A DNA stretch of 64,000 nt from Octopus bimaculoides (taxonomy: Eukaryota): the NCBI RefSeq assembly GCF_001194135.2, contig NC_068987.1:13697222-13761221 (forward strand). The letters are read 5' to 3'. How positions within the stretch are numbered: the first letter of the stretch is position 1; each line of letters starts with the position of its first letter. This document shows positions 62,901 through 64,000 of this stretch, piece after piece. The notes beneath the pieces are model-generated. The model had not been told where the DNA came from. It saw nothing but the letters and a program-made list of their open reading frames with translations, and made no database searches. Made by a program: the position numbers and the translations under genes.

Positions 62901-64000
62901 GCAGAGAGCAGACTACCTTTGTGGGTTCATATTTGTGGCAGACAAATATTGTTATGTCTCTAGGCATGATGCTTAATTCCACCAGCTTCGGCTCATCTAA
63001 TTACTGGTACTAAGTATTCCTTCCAAAATGATATCCACATAGAATAGCAGGGAGTCAGTTATCACTCATTACTTAACTGAAACCACAGTGAAACAATGGC
63101 CCTTGTGAATCCCCAAGATTCATGAAAGAATTAACCTCCCAAAGATTTTTTTTTTTTTTTGAAGTGGGAAGGATGAAGAGGATAATTTACTTCCATAGCA
63201 TAGATGAGTAAACCAGAAATGTGAATGATGGGTATAGTAAACAATGTACATAGTAAGAACTTCCCAACAATACACAAAGTAACCAACTGCCATGATCACA
63301 AGTTCGAATAATGAATCACTATATCCTTATTTGTACCTTGTCAAAATAACCGAAACAAAATTTAGCATCTATTTAAAAATTACAATGACTGCTTCATTAG
63401 CTAGAATTGTGTCTACAAATAAATAAGAATGAATGTTTATAAACTTTCTACTACATGGTTGACTCAAGAAAAACACAGCCATTAGTCACATGAAGGGAAC
63501 AACATATTTACAAAAATAGGAGATGCACTTTTTAATTTCTTGTTTCTTTCATGAAACCAAATCAATTCAAATAATGATCACATCATATATTTATTAAAGA
63601 TTTTGGTCAAGAAGCCTCATATTAAAACGAAATGAATCAATGCCCTAAAATGATTCCTTTCTAAGAGATATTCCACAGCACTGGAGATGAATGAATCAGG
63701 CACTAGGGTTGATTCACCTGCAGCCCAATGTCCACGTATGTATGAAATCAGCAGTGAAGATGAAAGCCTTATGATTTCTTGATCTTTGTCAATATAGAAC
63801 AGTTTGCCAATTTTAGTAAAGTGAATTAAGCAGAGTTATACATCAAGGATGACACTAATGAAAACTAAAAGTTATTTTTTATAGACATCAAAGACAACAC
63901 CAAGGAAACCTGAAAGCTATTTTCTTTTTTTCTTACATGATTAAAAAGTGAAATTAAGATGCTAGGCAACTGGTCAAATGGTAAATGATTCTGACTTGAA

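Noticed and set aside
1-64000. ORF-track entries (60-222 aa) as genes
   Set aside because: They are mostly microsatellite translations (HTHT, CVCV, YYYY, IIII), SINE or TE read-throughs, or chance frames on the T-rich strand. None matched a protein family I recognise except the mariner fragments.

Overview
This is AT-rich, repeat-dense animal genomic DNA, not prokaryotic or viral. The repeat families (tRNA-derived CORE-type and Meta-type SINEs, RTE-LINE-tailed elements ending in (GAT)n, and many CA/AT/AAT microsatellites) are ones I recognise from Octopus, so an octopus origin is inferred but was not database-checked. Most of the window is CpG-depleted and strand-asymmetric (A>T and C>G on +, judged by eye), which suggests methylated intronic sequence transcribed on the minus strand. 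Three CpG-retaining zones (about 1-800, 38.1-40.7 kb and 62.1-64 kb) may mark promoters or gene boundaries. I found several minus-strand exon candidates by hand, the best at 23708-23861 and the pair 47403-47440/47241-47318, but could not assign any to a named protein. Supported transposons are a decayed mariner with TIRs (57606-58755), an RTE reverse-transcriptase remnant, piggyBac-type TTAA MITEs, hAT-type MITEs with 8-bp TSDs and two inverted copies of a Crypton-like element. There is one assembly gap (42508-42817). I could not demonstrate a new multi-gene system. The most unusual structure is a 132-bp, about 96% identical inverted duplication at 61562-61693/61931-62062 with a rearranged outer junction. 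It is a strong candidate dsRNA or A-to-I editing substrate, alongside other inverted repeat pairs and a tandem SINE array at 45.9-47.1 kb.
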